A stretch of 64,000 nt of DNA from Selaginella moellendorffii. Lineage: Eukaryota > Plantae > Lycopodiophyta. A program made the position numbers and the translations under genes. This document shows positions 1-11,648 of the stretch, one piece after another. The stretch covers positions 6,887,973-6,951,972 of the forward strand of contig NW_003314261.1 of NCBI RefSeq assembly GCF_000143415.4, read 5' to 3'. The number at the start of each line of letters is the position of its first letter. Position 1 is the first letter of the stretch. The notes under the pieces are model-generated. The model did not search any database. It saw nothing but the letters and a program-made list of their open reading frames with translations, and had not been told where the DNA came from.

Positions 1-2171
1 CCACTTCATAGAGACCTTGTTCTGGAGATCAAAGTCATACTTTTTCGCCGTGCCGTAGTGCCAAGTGTACATGACCGCGACGAAGAACACGGATAGCGCC
101 AGCGGCACCCAGCCGCCTTCGTGTACTTTGAGCATCGCGGATGAGACGTACATGAGCTCGATCGTGCCGAAGAACATGAAAAAGATGATGGCAAGGATGA
201 TGCTCCGCTTCCATACGATCACAATCACCAGTGACATGAGGAACGTCGTCACAAACATGACCGTGATGACAGCAAGTCCTGTGTGATCATGACACATTTG
301 CGAGGATAAGTCTTCAACACAAACACGAAGTTTTCATACAAACGTACCATAAGCGTGGCCGATGAAAATTGTGCTTCTAAAGCCCAGAGTGACTGCCAGG
401 CAGAGGATGAGCAGTATCCAATTAACCTCGGGAATGTAGATTTGTCCATATATGTCTTTTGATGTGTGGACGACTTTCACCCTTGGAAAACAGCCCAAGG
501 ACATGCACTGTTTGATGATTGAGAAGGTTGCTGAGATCACTGCCTGGCTCCCCACCACTGACGCAAGTGTTGCTATGACGACAACTGGCCAGTAAACAGG
601 CTCTGTGACAGCAACACATAAGTATTCAATAACAACAGTGGGACAATGACATACTTGGGATCGACTTGTAGAAGCTGCCCTCAATGTCGCTGTGATTACG
701 AGACAAATAGGCGGCTTGGCCCATATAAGCACAAACCAGGCAAGGATAAACGACACAGCCAAAAGCAATCTGCAAACACAAATACACACAGTGATCTCAG
801 CTCGGGGAATCACAGCTCTCACCTGGATAGACAGCTCAGAAAAGTGTCCCAAATCTGCAAACATGGCCTCTGTGCCTGCAAAAGTAGAGTGCTTCAGTCC
901 GCGGACGAGCGTTGTATATCGTATAATTGAGCAAACCTGTGATGCAAAGCAGCACTCCTCCCATAGATATCCAGCCATCGAATCCGGTTCTCTTGAAATA
1001 CTTGTACATATAGTAAGGGGATAAAGCTCGGACGACGTGAGGGTTCCAGCGAGCGATGTTGTAAATTCCAATGGCGCCGATGCTGAATAGCCAGGCCAGC
1101 ACTATGGGAGCGAACATAAATGCCACCTTGTGCGTGCCATGGTGCTGCAGCGCGAAAAGCCCCACCAAAATGAGGCAGGCGATCAGTTCTACTACGTCTG
1201 CGAGCCAACAAGAAAATGCACAGCATAAGTCTCACTGACAAGAAAACCATAAGGTTGGCCTTACGCTTGTTGAGGTCATCGACAGCCACTTTGATGCCAT
1301 AAACAGAAGATAGAACTGAAAGCCGTCCATTAGTTACAGATAGCGTTGAAAAAAAAGAGGAAAAGCAAAGCTTATTACCCGAGATGGCGGGAGTTAAAAC
1401 CCCGTCACCAATCACCATGCACGTCCCCAGCAAAACCACTAGCAGCAAAGCAATGCGGAGGCTCTTGTGCCTTTCCAGGAGCCCTTTCATCCTTGCCCCA
1501 CGATAGCTCTCCCTGACGTTCTGGAGCTTGTAAGTCGATAGCTCCTCGTCAACCGCCTGTTGATTTGGCAAGAGGCTTAACTTTGCGTGCCTGCACAGCA
1601 GTGAATATAACGCGAATGTTCCACCTGCAACAGAAGGACAAAACACCAAAACCAGTGAGAGTGATTCGCAAAAACTAGAAAACTTCTCCTAAAAGTCTAT
1701 CTATCTCTCGAGATTTTCCTCTCCAACCTTGCTACGAATCAAAAACTCCCACCACCACCACCCACCTTCGCCGTTGTCATCAGCACGGAGTACGATGAGA
1801 ACATACTTGAGTAAAGGAATGAGTGTCAGGGTGTAAAGGATGAACGAGAGAACCCCCAAAACCTCCGTGTCGTCCTCGTGGAGCTGGAGCTTTCCCGAAA
1901 ATGTGCTCCGGTACACATAGAGAGGAGAGGTGCTCAAATCTCCATAGACCACACCAAAGCTCTGGTACGCCAAGAGCAGCACCGCCTTGAGGGATTTCCT
2001 CCGGTAGCTCTGCCAAGAACAAACAAACAAACCATCCATCGGTTAGTCCGGATCGAAATTGGGGATTCCCGGCGCCGCGGCAGCCCCGAAATCGCAGCAA
2101 AGATCCATCCATACCTTAGGATTGAGGTCGATGAAGCTGTTGCCTCCGACAGACGACACCTCGGGATCCAT
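1..2171 (-). CDS. HAK/KUP/KT potassium transporter (multi-exon; 3' end runs off the window)
   Basis: ATG at 2171 ([10 protein letters not shown]...). Spliced exons give [61 protein letters not shown] and [10 protein letters not shown], all KUP-family signatures. Confidence 0.95.
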
Positions 2172-2847
2172 CGCCACGAAATTTCGGCCGCGCTCGCCTC
2201 TAGAACCAAATGCTCCCCGCGGATCGCAGCAAAACCTCGCCAGCTCCTAGAATGCAGCATCGGCGGCAGCGCCTAGCCGCCGCGGCGGCGATCGGCGACC
2301 GAAAATCTGCATTGAGCGCCCGCGCACAAGATTCCTGACGACACAACATCCCTGTTCTTCTTGTCCATCTCTTTCTCGTCCCTCTCACTCACGCAAACGC
2401 TCTCCCCTCTCTCTTTCTCATTCGATCTCTCTCTCTCTCCTATCACTTCTATCACTTCTATCGCGCTCTAGCTAGGCTTTGCGAAAGGAAGGAAGCGAGA
2501 AAACTCCAGCGAAGGCTGCCACTGCCGTCAGTGGAGACAGCATATACCGGTAGGATCGTTTATTCTGTTATCGAGATTGTAAAGAGATTCGCGGCCGTAC
2601 TGTGGTCCATAGCCCGTGACCAATGGAATATAGGACACGGTGTTGTTGGTGGTACTGGAAATTACTGTCTGTTAGGTGGGTGATTAAACCGCGGTAAGAA
2701 TCCAACGGGATTAAAAAACTACCGTGCTACGGCGTGCTTTGCGTGGACCATCTTCCACAACGGGAATCGAGGATGGTTTTTAAATTTTAAAAGATGCTTT
2801 GCGGATATGCTGTCCCTGATTTGTTAAGAACCCTAAAGTTAGGGCAA

Positions 2848-3497
2848 ATGGAGGAGCTCACGGAGGCAGAGCGGCGGGCGCTGCGCGGCAGCAAATTTCC
2901 GCCGCTGCAGCAGGATCCTGATCGATCGGGGAATGCGCAGCCCAGGTATGCGTGCAATCCACAGGGAAATCGCAGGTGTTTTTGACGACATTCAAGGCTG
3001 GCTCATCCAGGGGGAGCGCTCACCACCAACAAAGCTGCGGCATTGGCTAAGTTCCTGGAGAGGAAGCTCAAGGAGCCTGGGAGTCTCAGCTCGCTGGATC
3101 CAGATATCGTGGAGAGGGCAGTGCTCAATGCTAAAGCCGCTGTTAATCCAGGTAAGCTTAAAGCAAATGTATGTATTGTCTTACGATGTTCTTCGTTTTC
3201 TTGTGTGTTGTTTCCAGGGAAGCATTCCACCGGATTGAAGATCCGTCACGTTACTTCTTTTTCGGACTCTGAGGAGGTACAGACATGGATCGTTTAAAGT
3301 GTTTTCTGGTCCAAAATCTTTGCGATGGTTCACTCCAGGAATCGATGAAGAGAACAGCGGGGCCGAGCTCGTCGCTGTCCGTTGCTGCTCCTGTCATAGA
3401 CAAAAAGAAGAAAAACAAGAAGAATAAGAAGGGCAAGAACATCATGAAGAAGAAGAAGAAGAAAAAGCAAAAGCAAAAACATAACAAACAGAACTAA
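2848..3497 (+). CDS. Small conserved plant protein of unknown function with a Lys-rich C-terminus (4 exons)
   Basis: Exons ~2848-2945, 2997-3151, 3218-3276 and 3338-3497 with GT-AG introns give MEELTEAERRALRGSKF..RLAHPGGALTTNKAAALAKFLERKL..KKKKKKKQKQKHNKQN. A telo-box-like AACCCTA lies upstream. Confidence 0.75.
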
Positions 3498-3866
3498 GTC
3501 AAAGCTTGGAAATGCAATAGAAAAGCGCGGCCTACAGAAGTACGTCCTTTCGGAACCTTTCTTTTGTACTTTAGTTGGCTGGATTTTCCTATTTCTCGTG
3601 CAGAGCTTGGACTTCGTCAAATCTATGAGCGCAAGCTTCCCTGGATTTGGACCTTGTCAATGGGTTTTTTAAGCCTGGAAACAGTCATCAGAGGCAGCAG
3701 ACACGGTTTATGACGACTAAGTTACGAGTAGCTTGGACTATAAGAGCCTTGTATCAGTGGTTCATTTCATCAAGGAGCGACGCTCATCTGCGGATCATCG
3801 ATCACTGCCAAGAGAATTCGAGGAGGAAGAAGGAGTGCCAAGTGATTGAAGAAGTTTAGAACGAGG

Positions 3867-5056
3867 ATGGAAACTTGGAGAGGGAGCGTTTTGGTTTTGC
3901 TCCTGCTGTCACTGAGCTTGGGTATCTTGGCTCACGGTGAGAGTGGAGGACGCAAGCATGGCTACCACAGCTACTCGAGATCTTGTCCTCAGGCCGAGAG
4001 GATCATAAGGGACACTCTAAGCAAGCACGCCGGTTGGGACAGGACGATACCAGCAGGAGTTCTTCGCTTGCACTTCCACGACTGTTTCGTCGACGTGAGT
4101 AGCTTTACAAGATTTAAATTCTGGTTTTCTAACTTTGCTGTTCTCCAGGGCTGTGATGGATCGATTCTTCTCGACTCAACTCCCACCGACGGAACTAAAG
4201 TGGAAAAATTGTCCCTTCCAAACTTCATGTCCGCCAGGGGCTTCGAGGTGATTGAGGAAGCAAAGCAGAGGTTGGAAGCAGCTTGTCCTGGAGTTGTCTC
4301 CTGTGCCGACACTCTCGCCATAGCTGCCAGAGACTCGACCGTCATGGTAAGCTTAGCATCTTTTGAGAAACGCTGAATCAAGTTCTAAGACGTTGTCACT
4401 GCAGCTTGGAGGAAAGTATTACCAAGTCCCAACCGGACGCTACGACGGAAGAGTTTCCAGCCAGGAACGTGGCAACACCTTACCATCCCCGTTTGGCGAT
4501 GCCTCGGCTCTCATTCAAAACTTCAAGGAGCGCGGCTTGTCAGTCCAGGACCTCGTCGTTCTCTCAGGTACGAATCGATTTCAACTTCCATCTCCTTCCC
4601 TCCAGTTTGTAAGTAGGCATTAACGCTACTCCCTTGCAAACCACAGGTGGTCACACTCTTGGTACCGCCGGCTGCGCCACATTCAGCAATCGTTTGGACA
4701 ACTTTACGAAAACTGGCAAGCCGGACCCGACCATCAATCCCAGATACCTCTCTCATCTCCGGAGGCAGTGCCCAGCACCGGGGTCGCCAAACCGTGTGGC
4801 GCTGGACAAAGGCTCGGAGTTTGTGTTCGACAACAGCTACCACAAGAACTTGGCCAGGAGAAACGGGGTCCTCACGTCGGATCAAGTTCTCAACGAGGAC
4901 TCGAGAACAAGTCACTACGTCAAGAACTTTGCGCACAAGCAGCACGACTTTTTGTCGCAGTTTGCGGCCTCGATGGTGAAGATGGGATACATTGGGTGGA
5001 AGAACAAGCACAATGGGGAAATCAGGAGGGTGTGCTCCATGGTAAACACCCATTAA
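3867..5056 (+). CDS. Class III secretory peroxidase, copy A (canonical 4 exons)
   Basis: Signal peptide, RLHFHDCFV|GCDGSILL (distal His), [17 protein letters not shown]|GHTLG (proximal His), FDNSY and GEIRRVC. Confidence 0.96.
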
Positions 5057-5179
5057 ACACGGTGAAACCGTGACTGATTCTTTTTGGAAATAATCGTAAA
5101 CTGTGAATATGGCCATTTTTCTTTACTGCGTCACAAAATCAAATGCATAGTTTACCGTTCTTGCAGCTCAGGAAACTAT

Positions 5180-6245
5180 ATCACTTTCCAAATGACATGC
5201 TTGGGAAGCCTGGCCACGAGATTAATAAAGTAAAGGTATAGATCAACCATAAAATTATAAACTGTATCTTCACTACATAGAGCTTGAATTTCCAAGCTCT
5301 ATCTTCACTACAAGGCAGGCATTGTTAGGCAAGGCGTAATCAGCCCACTCTTCCCGAGAAAAGGATTCCAAACGGAGAGCCTCCTCTCATGCCTGGAATA
5401 TATCAACGCTTGTCCAGGCGGTCTGGCTGCGGACAATCACCGTGTGGCGCCACCATCGCATGAGCTTGCCGCTGCTGTCCTCGATCTAGTTGTCCTCCGC
5501 AAAGAACTTACCACTGTCCGCTCTTCAAGCTGGAGTACATGGCCGGACGGAATGCTTGCACTTCCTTGAGGAAGAACGAGTTCCGAGCTCGCACGTCGCC
5601 GTGGCCGAGCAAGTAGGCGATCCCCGTCTCTCGATACTTCCTAGAGAATCGTCCTCGCTCACGGACGAGCCAGCTCCTAGCTCGTCGTTGTCCGCCACCA
5701 TCAAGTCCTCCTCGAACCTCCTCCTCAGCAGAAGCGGCCTCGTTGTTGGCGGCGGCGGCGTTCTCTGCTCGTTCCAAAACCTCCACGCGAAGATAAAGTT
5801 CTCCAGGAACTCCACCAGCAGCTGCTCGAATAGCCACGCCGTGGGGATTTTCCACAGGTTTAACACTTACCTCCCGGTGTTCTTCTGCATCAGATACGTG
5901 CCAGTCGCAACAGTTCCTCGCGAGATAAGGGCCCCAAGAGCTGCCACATACGTATACGTGAGGTATGGATACAGGGACATGTGGACGAGCTCGTTGTACA
6001 CCAGTCCCAGGCCGGCCACCCTGTGCCTCACTTCGTACTTGTGTTTCATCTTCGTGCATATGTACATGACGAAGGCGAGAACTAGTGGAATCTTCCTTCC
6101 GTGAACAGAACCGATGACAACTATACGCCAGCTCGATGGTTCCAAAACGAAGGAAAATTTACCGAGTGATTAACATGATGGTGTGGCAACCACTGGACAA
6201 AGCATAAGGCGTGGTTTCACCAGGAAAACGAGCGAACTCCTCCAT
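5180..6245 (-). pseudogene. Deletion-riddled remnants of the F-box gene and the HAK 3' exons
   Basis: Blocks match 17800-18310 (F-box; e.g. GTCTGGCTGCGGAC..CCATCGCAT) and 18660-19670 (HAK; [34 protein letters not shown]), with frameshifts. Confidence 0.85.
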
Positions 6246-6701
6246 CGGTGGAGATGGTTCGTATAAAGGATGTTGTGGACAAGGACAACCGAAAATGAAT
6301 GAAGTAACGATCGTAAATCCCTTCTCTTCTCGTCGTGATTCTACGTTTCCAAGGTAGATGGACGATCTTCTACGATGGAAATTGGGTCCTAAGGCAAGAG
6401 CAATACGTTTCACTATGCCAATGGCGATACAATCATCAGTTGCACTTTTGGAAAAATTTGAGGCATGCATCTTGTCTGTAGTGGTTTTTGCGGTTCTTCT
6501 CTCCCTTGGTGACGTTTTTGACGAAACAAGAAATGACGTTTTCTTAAGATTAGCGGTTGAAAGAAGGCCGCTGATGATCCTTAGATTCGCAAGATCCAAA
6601 CAAATCTCTTTATATATATTCCTTCGATAATATTCCTTGTCTCTCACAAATTTCTAAATCGATACTTTACATAGTAACCCTGCCCTATTATATTGGCGGC
6701 G

Positions 6702-8754
6702 ATGGAAGCTCTAGCATTGGCGTTCTCCTGGTTGCGACGCGCTCCAGCACAGGCAAGCACACAGGCAAGCAGGGGATTGAAGATCCTCCTCCTTGAGGTG
6801 TGTACAGCTCGCTCGTTTCTCTCATTTTTTCTTGTTCCTTGACATTTTTCGCGTGCCGGCAGACTCCTGCAGCAACAGCGGACAAGGAAGTGGAGGATTT
6901 CCCAGCACTGCCCTCGCAGCTCGAGGCAGTGATCGCCAGCAGTGACCCAGCATCAAGTGTTCCCGAGTATGATGCACCTGTACTCGAGGAGGATGACGAG
7001 CATGACTTGCAAGAGGTAACTCCAGATGTAGCTAATCTTCTCTTGCAGCCGGTTGCTCCAATCGAGCTGGAGGATTCGTCCTCGCCAGCATCACCCTCGC
7101 AGCTCGAGGCAGTTAGTCACGCGGCAGCATCAAGTGTTCCCGAGTACGATCCACCACCATTACCTGTACTCGAGGATGACAACCATGATTCGCAAGAGGT
7201 AACTCCGAGAGCTTAGATGGTTTGCCTGGAACCGCACCAACCTTTTCTTGCAGCTAGAGGCGGTCATGGCTGGCGTTGAGGATTCAGTTCGGTATACTTC
7301 TCTCGGTGGCAAGACGCTTGCAATCGACGACAACGACGACAACCTGAGCTGGGAGGATATCCAGAGCTTCTTTCAGACCTGGACACTCCCGTCGATTGAG
7401 CTACCGTCCAGAGCCGATTTGCATCTGGAGGTGGAGGAACTTAAGAAGCTAGTTGGAGAGTGGACTTGGAAGCTACCGACCAGTCTCCAGTCGATAAAGG
7501 AAGAAATGTGGAGTAGGCTTTTGAACGCGGGCTTGGAGGAGGACGAGGTGACGTCCCAGGAATTATGGGAAGAACTCACAAACTTCCTGGGGTGGCATCG
7601 AGTCCCAGTTACCAGTTCCCGACGGATGCTTCTGGAAGCAGCGCCAGGTCCTCCTATCTTCGTCTCCAACGAGAATGGACCTTCTCTGTTCCGCTGGGTG
7701 GATCGCTTCATAGCTCCACTGAGCGCTCAACAAGATGGGGAAGAACAAGGCGGTGTTTCATCACCACCAGCCTCAGTCTTTTGGCAGAGGTTGAGAGGCG
7801 ATGGCACCAGCAGCATGAGAAAGCACAGGAGGCCTCCAGACAAGAATAGTGAAGGACAAGAACTTATGGCAGCAATGGACGAGGAGTCATCCTACAAGGT
7901 ATGTCTCTGTTGACAGGAATCAGATATGTATTCGTACTAAGATCTACACTGAACAGGTGCTAAAGTCTCATGCAGCAGCAGGATCTCGAAAGTTGTTGAG
8001 GCAAGCTGATGTTTCATCGACACCAGCTTCAGTCTTTTGGCGGAGCTTGCGAGGCGATGGCGTGGGAATGCACAGGAGGCTTCCATACAAGAACAGTGAG
8101 GAACTTGCAGCAGCAATGGCCGAGGAGTCATCTTACAAGGTATGCCTCTGCTGACAGGAATCAGATATATTCGTACTAAGATTGAAAATTGAACAGGTGC
8201 TAAAGTCCCATGCAGCCACAGGATTTCCATCTCAGAAGTTACTGGCTGGCGGCACTGTTGACACTAAGGAGGCTCGTAGCAATGCTTCACCACCACCAGC
8301 ATCGCCACCACCTTTTATGTGGCGGTGGTTCCCTCGAAGCTTGGGCAAGGATGGTGGGAAGGCCAAGAGGATCAACACCGAAACTTTTCAAGAAGCTGAA
8401 GAGACTTCAATATCGAGCTCTCATAGTTTAGTGGATGACGTCGGGGTGGGCAGCAGCAGCGGCAGTGCCAGTGATTTCATCGAGTTGTTTGAAGGAGAAG
8501 GCATTAGCAGCAGTGATGCCTTCCTGAACTCGCTGTTGGAAAGCAAAGGTGGCGGCAGCAACAGCAATGCGGATCTTCAGCTGGCTTCCTCCAATGATCT
8601 CAACTTGCAAGCGACGGCTGTGGCGGCAACTCCGCTGCTTCTTCCAATCCTTGCCGGGCTGCTGGTCGCGCTGCTCTTCCTCTTCGTCCTCTACTTCCTC
8701 TCGGTGATCAGGAGGAGGTGGGGGAGGAGGAAGAGAGGGCTCCTGCCTCACTGA
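6702..8754 (+). CDS. Unrecognised modular protein (~595-605 aa) with a C-terminal TM helix, copy A
   Basis: Exons 6702-6797, 6863-7015, 7049-7198, 7254-7898, 7957-8139 and 8197-8754 are all multiples of 3 and joined by GT-AG introns. C-terminus is LLLPILAGLLVALLFLFVLYFLSVI followed by RRRWGRRKR. TATA-like element at ~6610. Confidence 0.7.
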
Positions 8755-9236
8755 GTTCCAGCTTTCGATGCAAATGCATCAGGACGTGCAGTGGTTGCCG
8801 CAGGCATGGATCAAAACTTGAAGCCGGTGGCTTAACACTCCGTGATGCTCCCCGTCGGGAGTGATAGAACTTCGGTGGCAGATTTTCATCGGCTGGAGAG
8901 AAGGTGGCTCATCAAGGCAAGAAGTGAGCGGAGATATCTTACAAAACAGAGGCCGCTGGTGGTTCTGGAGCTTTGTCTGGTCGTACACAACTTTCTACAC
9001 CGATTGGTGGTGTAAGTGCAAGCTAGGAAGAAAGATCATATACTGAATGTTTGTAGCATTTAAACTTGGCTGATTCAGAAAAGAAACAGTTTTTTGTTTT
9101 CTTCAGAGGTTTGGTGGGAAACAAAAGAAGTAGCCAAGACTAGATCAGCACCTGTTCACGAAATGAGTTACTACCCTGTGTGAGAAGCAAATCGATGGAA
9201 GGAAGCAATAGTTACAATTCCAGTAGCTTTGTGTCG

Positions 9237-9560
9237 CAATTTGAGTTGAGCTACAGTCAGGATCATGATAAGCCAGTGTATCTCATACAAAAACTGGCAA
9301 GCCGCCAGATACCTGTCATCTCCAGCGGCAGTGTCCATCGCCGGAATTGGCAAACCGTGTGGGGCTGGACAAAGGCTCGGAGTTTGACAAACTACAAAAG
9401 AAACGGGATCCTTCAAGTTCTCAAAGAACCAGGCACTGCGTGAAGAAATTTGCGCACAAGCAGCACGAGTTCCTGGGGTGGAACAAACACAAAGGGTAGA
9501 ATGGAAACACCCATCAAGGATGGTGAGACATGCGTAAGAAACAATCGTGAAATGTGAAGA
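9237..9560. pseudogene. Chimeric junction: HAK exon fragment (-) fused to decayed peroxidase exon 4 and 3'UTR (+)
   Basis: GAGCTACAGTCAGGATCATGATAAGCCAG matches HAK ~19714-19742. It is followed by AAAACTGGCAAGCC..GCTGGACAAAGGCTCGGAGTTTG..TTTGCGCACAAGCAGCACGA, matching peroxidase 4709-4947. Confidence 0.85.
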
Positions 9561-9596
9561 TAAGAATCAAGTTACAAAGGACAATAGTTATCTCCG

Positions 9597-10498
9597 AATT
9601 GCGCCTTGCCCAATGGTGGCAGGAATCGAGCATATCTCGTCACTTGGAAATCCAAGCTCTATCTTGATGGTAGTGTGCCGCGAGCTCAAGGTCCAGATCT
9701 TGGAGTTTGATTTGAAACTCGAAGAGTTTAACTTGAAACGTGGTGTGGTGAGCGAGTATGTGATCGATTTTGACGATTGTGGCCTCAGCTTCACTGGTCA
9801 AGCTAGGAACTACCTGAATTTTTGCTCCTACAAGATGAAGACTTACGTCTACATGGATGCCGGGACTTGGGACAGGAACATCTACCGGCCTTTCTCGACA
9901 CTTCTGAAAATTCAGACGCTTGATTGGTCCAATGCTTGGTCAATAAGTTAAATCTGTGATATTTCGGTCGCATGGCGAGAGAGAAGTAGTGAAGGAGATC
10001 TTATAATCAGAAGCTATTAGTTGTGGTGTCAAGCTCAGTCACTCTTGTGCATAAGGAATCCATGTAAAACATCTTGCTGTGAGTCACCACAGGCCTTACC
10101 GAGATTTTGGCTTCTTCCAATCTGAACCAATCCTTGTCCCCGCGCGTGAAGGTGAAAACTTCACCATCGAAGTCCCACACCACGATCTTATTGTTGAAGA
10201 TGCAAGCCCTGGACCAGTAGGGAATCTCTTCCCACACGTTGAGGAAAGGATTCCCAAGGTAGAGCTTCAAACGGAGTGTGGAGCGAGCCAGCATGAAACG
10301 CTTGTCCTCCGAGACCGCGCACAGGCAGTCTGGCTGCGGACCATCACCGCGTCGCGCCCATCGCATCATCTTGCCGCCGCTGTCCACGACGTAGCTGCTC
10401 TTGAAGCTGGAGCTGTCCACGGCTGCTTTCCACGCCAGAGCGACGATTAGGGCAGCTTGAGCAGTATCTCCTCCACAACCTCCTCTGCGGCAATGCCA
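9597..10498 (-). pseudogene. F-box gene pseudogene, copy A, with its 3' part (~9597-10005) inverted
   Basis: 10010-10580 is colinear with 17862-18495. 9597-10005 is the reverse complement of ~17470-17857. Internal deletions are present. Confidence 0.85.
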
Positions 10499-10580
10499 TC
10501 GTTGTCTTCCTCCTCCCGCCCACAACTGCAACCTATATACATGAGAACTTCCTTCTTACGACAAAAGGTACTTACTCTTA

Positions 10581-10961
10581 ATATACATTATACAAGTTCT
10601 GCGCGATCTTACCTTATACGAAATAAGTCATCCCAAGCTGGCCGGGCGGAATGTTGAGCATCTCGGCTCTCTGCTTGCAGTTCCTCCGGAGGAACGCGAG
10701 AGGTAATTGATGACAAGCTTCTTAAGGAAGAACGAGTCCTTTCGAGCTCTCACGTCGCCGTGGCCGAGCAAGTAGACGATCCCGGTCTCTCGGCGCTTCC
10801 TCAGCAACGCCAGAGAATCGTCCTCGCTCACGGACGAGCCAGCCTCGTCGTCGTTGTCCGCCACCATCAAGTCCTCCTCGAACCCCCTCCTCAGCAGAAG
10901 CGGCCTCGTTGTTGACGGCGGCGGCGGGGTTCTCTGCTCGTTCCAAAGCCTCCTCCCGAGC
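10581..10961 (-). pseudogene. Truncated copy of the HAK 3' end
   Basis: Matches 18582-19003 ([29 protein letters not shown]) with small deletions. Confidence 0.88.
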
Positions 10962-11280
10962 AAATGTATGTATTGTCTTACGATGTTCTTCGTTTTCTTG
11001 TGTGTTGTTTCCGGGGAAGCATTCCACCGGATTGAAGATCCATCACGTTGCTTCTTTTTCGGACTCCGAGGAGGTACAGACATGGATCGTTTGAAGTGTT
11101 TTCTCGTCCACAATCTTTGCGATGGTTCACTCCAGGAATCGATGAAGACAACAGCGGGGCCGAGCTCGTCGCTGCCCGTCGCTGCTCCTGTCATAGACAA
11201 AAAGAAGAAAAACAAGAAGAATAAGAACATCATGAAGAAGAAGAAGAAGAAAAAGCAAAAAACATAACAAACAGAACTAA
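10959..11280 (+). pseudogene. 5'-truncated copy (exons 3-4) of the small Lys-rich protein gene
   Basis: Matches 3162-3497 but lacks the promoter and exons 1-2. Confidence 0.85.
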
Positions 11281-11648
11281 GTCAGAGCTTGGAAATGCAA
11301 TAGAAAACGCGGCCTACAGATGTACGTCCTTTCGGAACCTTTCTTTTGTACGTTAGTTGGCTGGATTTTCCTATTTCTCGTGCAGAGCTTGGACTTCCTC
11401 AAATCTATGAGGTGCAAGCTTCTCTGGATTTGGACCTTGTCAATGGGTTTTTTAAGCCTGGAAACAGTCATCAGAGGCAGCAGACACGCTTTATGACGAC
11501 TAAGTTACAAGTAGCTTGGACTATAAGAGCCTTGTATCAGTGGCTCATTTCATAAGGAACGGCGCTCATCTTCGGATCATCGATCACTGCCAAGAGAATT
11601 TGAGGAGGAAGAAGAAGTGCCAAGTGATTGAAGAAGTTTGGAACGAGG

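Larger units (their letters stand above)
3162..10961. repeat. Tandem segmental duplication, unit A (~7.8 kb)
   Basis: Colinear with 10959-19003: peroxidase, decayed F-box/HAK fragments, orphan gene, F-box, HAK 3' end. Confidence 0.92.

Noticed and set aside
6245-9236. Pack-MULE or Helitron identity for the orphan cassette
   Set aside because: No terminal inverted repeats, TSD or Helitron termini are visible.
10628-11267. 201-aa and 137-aa ORFs across the duplication junction as new chimeric genes
   Set aside because: They fuse antisense and intron sequence with truncated fragments, with no promoter or ATG context evidence.
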